Source of the DNA: Mustelus asterias
Lineage: Eukaryota
Length of the DNA stretch: 64,000 nucleotides
Assembly (NCBI RefSeq): GCF_964213995.1
Contig: NC_135803.1
Coordinates: forward strand, 14,322,001-14,386,000
Reading direction: 5' to 3'
Numbering within the stretch: the stretch's first letter is position 1; each line of letters begins with the position of its first letter. Position numbers and translations under genes: made by a program. Below are positions 60,776 to 64,000 of the stretch, one piece after another. The notes beneath the pieces are model-generated. The model was not told where the DNA came from, ran no database searches, and was given only the letters and a program-made list of their open reading frames with translations.

Positions 60776-60877
60776 CACAAAAACAGAAAATGCTGGAGAA
60801 ACTCAGCAGGTCTGACAGCATCTGTGGAGAGAGACTCGAGCCAACATTTTGAGTCTGGATGACCCTTCGTCAGGGCT
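60776..60877 (-). mobile_element. Penelope-like short element with decayed hammerhead core
   Basis: Reverse strand reads CTGACGA-agggtc-atcca-gactc-AAAA. Confidence 0.6.
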
Positions 60878-60962
60878 GATACCAGCAATAGGTATAGCTG
60901 GCCTGACGTGAATTAATTCACTTTCTCCAGTATCATTAAACTGGCCAACTTGCAGAATTATT

Positions 60963-61104
60963 TTTGATTTGATTTATTATTGTCACATGTATTAGTATAC
61001 AGTGAAAAATATCGTTTTTGCGTGTTATACAGACAAAGCATACCGTTCATAGAGAAGGAAAGGAGAAAGTGCAGAATGTAGTGTTACAGTCATAGCTAGG
61101 GTGT
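60963..61104 (-). mobile_element. Rex1/Babar-like 3' UTR fragment
   Basis: Reverse complement of ~56765-56910. Confidence 0.75.
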
Positions 61105-62557
61105 CATTGTTAGAGTTTAAAAGAGTTCGAATAAAGTTTTAGAAGCATAGAACGCGGGTAAAAGATAGAATTAGAAGGTATGCTGGACACAGCTTGCAAG
61201 AAGCCGCCTCGCTCCGGTGCCATCTTGAGCAAAATTGTGTGCTCCTTCTGAACGATTTGTTGTTCTTGCGTCCTGCAAAGTTGCGGCCCAACACCTTTAT
61301 ATGAAGTTTAATCCATTTCACTTCCTCCTCCTCTGCAAGTCTCAGGAGGGTTTGTGACATCAACATTTATTTCTGTTTCACTGATTTCCGTTTTGCAGAA
61401 GCCAATGTTTAAAAGGCTCTGAGCGTGTGCATGCGTGGTTTTCAAAAGAGAGACAAGTGGTTCTGGAAATCAGCTGTAAAAAGGGGTTTGAGAATCACTC
61501 GGCTCTCCTGAGTAATTAAGCAAAATGCCTCGGGGGCAGAAAGATTGTCTCCCTCACTACTCCCCTGAGCGTTGCCAGCAACATGAACAGGGGAGTTGGT
61601 TTGGGGAGGGGAGGAGGGGGAGGAGAAGGGGGGCGCGGTGGTGACAGGAACTCTTTCACACCCTAAAATCGAGCTTGACAAAGTAAAGGTTTCCTTTGCA
61701 GCCCGGGGAGGTTCTTGAGAATAGGGTTTTGCAGATGACATTGTACTGAACATACACACACACACACACAGTTTAAACTTTAGAAACAAAATAACTCATA
61801 CTTCTGGTAAACTGAAACAAGGCAACTGCTGAACGAATACGTGTGAGTAATAAGGGAAATTCAGACAGGGAGTGCAATGTAACTGGGAATGTACAGTGTG
61901 GGCTGGCGTGTAAAAGTTACACATTTGACGAAAGAGCAGGCAAGATTAGTAGTGTTGGGTGAGCTTAACTTCCAAAAAATATCATTAGCATTCCAGGACA
62001 CTGCAGGTGACCCATTTACTGACTCATCTAGCATTCCCTACAAGGTATTTCCGACCGAGGGGGAGCAGAGACAGGAGGCGGATACTTCCTTTCTCAAATT
62101 CAGATGAGCAGTGGAGGGTTTTGGCGACGTTAAGCTGTCTTTTTCGAAAAGGGGGACAGCGATACGAGCAGCTCCCCTCCCTCAGAAGCGGGCGGCAACT
62201 CCAGAGTCAGCAAGAATCGACTTTAATTCAGACAAACAAGTTGTTTTGTGAGCCCTGGCTGAAGATTTCAACACTTCTGGGCGCGTTGTTTTATTAGAAC
62301 AGTAAGTCTTTCTTCCTCTCATTGCTAATTTGCTGAAGGTCTCTGAATTTATCATATTCAAGTACGGGCAAAATTCTGCGGATGCTGGAATCCGAAACAA
62401 AAATAGAAAATGCTGGAAAGTCTCAGCAGCTCTGACAGCATCTTAAAGGGTCACCCTGACTGACTGATTTTGTTATCTTATTAGGGTTTTTCTCATCCTC
62501 GTCTATATAAAGCCACCCAATTCTCTCCTGCACAGATTGTACACAACACCCCGACCA

Positions 62558-62850
62558 CACACGGTGGCAGCGGTTAGCACTGCTGCCTCACCACGCCAGG
62601 GACCCAGATTCCATTCCCAGCTAGGGGGACTGTCCGTGTGGAGTTTGCACATTTCTGCGTGTGTTTCCTCCAGATGCTCCAGTGTCCTCCCTGTGCAAGT
62701 CAGGTGGATTGGCCATGCTAAATTGTCCCTTTGAAAACCAGGGGATTAGCGGGGTAAATAGGCAAAGTTAAGGGGATAGGATAGGAGTGTTGGTGGTGTA
62801 GGCTTGATGGGCCGAATGACTTCCTTCCACGCTGCAGGGATTCCAATTCT
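62558..62850 (+). mobile_element. Degenerate SINE type A
   Basis: Eroded head, V-domain and tail. Confidence 0.75.
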
Positions 62851-62984
62851 AGTTTAATCTGAAATTAGAAATGCCTAAATAATTGATTGTCTATGATTTA
62901 CAACTATTCCAGAAGTTAATTTTCAATCTCAATTGCTTCTCTCGTTTCAGATCTTAGGCTTCACATTTTGTTTCTTGCTTGACA

Positions 62985-63980
62985 ATGAGTTCTAAACCAT
63001 CTAACAGCTCCAACACGCCATGTGAGATCAATAACAATATGGAAGCATTCACTTATTTTTATTACTTAATCTTCCTGATTGGCATTATTGGAAGCTGCGT
63101 CGCACTTTGGGCATTTATTAGCCAGAGGAAAGCCAGGAAATGCCTCAACATCTACCTGATTAACCTACTGACTGCCGATTTTCTGCTGAGTCTGGCCCTG
63201 CCCTTCAAAATAATTGTAGACTTGGGAGTTGCTCCGTGGAATTTGAAGGTCTTCCACTGCCAGGTTACAGCTTGCCTCATCTACATTAACATGTATTCGT
63301 CCATTATCTTCCTGGGCTTTGTGAGCATTGATCGATATATCCAACTCTCGGGAAACTCGAGATTCCAGCGGATCCAGGAACCAGGTTTCGCAAAAATGAT
63401 GTCCGTGGTGATCTGGGCAATGGTCCTGCTGTTGATGGTGCCTAACATGGCAATCCCCATCAAGCACATAGAATCCAAGCCTCTCCTGAAGTGCGCGGAG
63501 ATAAAGAATACCCTGGGACTGAACTGGCATGTCCTCACCAATTTTATCTGCATTGCAATCTTCATGAACATTTCAGTGATGCTCCTCACCTCCAATTTCC
63601 TCGTGGTGAAAAAACTGTACAGGAACAAGGAGCGAGAAATGCAGAAAGATGTGCAGCAAACTCTGAGGCACGTTTCCATCCTGACCGGTGTCTACATCAT
63701 CTGCTTCGTCCCATATCACATTGTCCGCACTCCGTACACACTAAGCCAATATAAGCCAGCCAGAGACTGCACTGTACAGCGGACCCTGTTCTATGCAAAG
63801 GAATCCACCTTCCTCTTGGCGGTCCTCAATCTTTGTTTGGACCCCATTTTGTATTTCTTCCTCTGCAAATCGTTCCGGTCGAAGATCACAGAGACCTTTG
63901 GATCAACCAAGGGGACCAAACGCAAGAAAAATGAGGATGAGGAGGTGAGGACCGAGACCAACTTAACATTGTGCAACTAA
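62985..63980 (+). CDS. GPR171: G protein-coupled receptor 171, 331 aa, single coding exon
   Basis: ATG 62985 (acaATG) after acceptor cttctctcgtttcAG| 62949-62950; FTYFYYLIFLIGIIGSC, IYLINLLTADFLL, VDLGVAPW, FHCQVTACLIYINMY, RIQEPGFAKM, NWHVLTNFIC, ICFVPYHIVR and FRSKITETF are characteristic of GPR171. Confidence 0.95.
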   Translation: MSSKPSNSSNTPCEINNNMEAFTYFYYLIFLIGIIGSCVALWAFISQRKARKCLNIYLINLLTADFLLSLALPFKIIVDLGVAPWNLKVFHCQVTACLIYINMYSSIIFLGFVSIDRYIQLSGNSRFQRIQEPGFAKMMSVVIWAMVLLLMVPNMAIPIKHIESKPLLKCAEIKNTLGLNWHVLTNFICIAIFMNISVMLLTSNFLVVKKLYRNKEREMQKDVQQTLRHVSILTGVYIICFVPYHIVRTPYTLSQYKPARDCTVQRTLFYAKESTFLLAVLNLCLDPILYFFLCKSFRSKITETFGSTKGTKRKKNEDEEVRTETNLTLCN

Positions 63981-64000
63981 CCTGGACATTATCCTGCCTC

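Noticed and set aside
61442-61789. 115-aa minus-strand Ser/Pro-rich ORF following a (TG)n..CAG acceptor-like site
   Set aside because: Composition is explained by a G-rich promoter-like tract on the + strand; no known homology recognised
7049-62850. Many tRNA-like A/B box sequences
   Set aside because: They are SINE heads that run directly into SINE bodies; only 53615-53688 is a stand-alone tRNA-like sequence
2700-63976. Alternative-frame and antisense ORFs overlapping the GPCR genes (2700, 16122, 42129, 42912, 63165, 63281, 63491, 63791)
   Set aside because: Shadow frames of the real CDSs; lengths differ between paralogs and no independent motifs are present

Overview
Eukaryotic genomic DNA, most likely from a shark or other elasmobranch. 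This is inferred from dense HE1/V-SINE-type tRNA SINEs, CR1 LINEs and the gene content; no database search was run. The + strand carries a tandem array of P2Y12-family purinergic GPCR genes: three intact P2Y14-like coding exons (2380-3417, 15802-16839, 42010-43095), a 3'-only pseudogene fragment (~19607-19876) and an orphan promoter/exon-1/intron unit with no coding exon (~31595-34736). GPR171 follows (62985-63980), matching the P2RY14-GPR171 order in mammals. The paralogs are mosaics of one another, carry I-R-Y or T-R-Y in place of D-R-Y, and differ at ligand-pocket position 6.58. The rest of the window is mostly transposable elements: SINEs, nested CR1s, solo LTRs, two Harbinger-type MITEs, a dead Harbinger transposase with a tRNA-Phe copy between its fragments, Penelope-like ends with decayed hammerhead cores, and Rex1/RTE-X/L2 fragments. 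CDS and TIR/TSD coordinates were read base by base. Most other repeat boundaries are approximate (+/- 10-30 bp), and repeat family names come from recognition.
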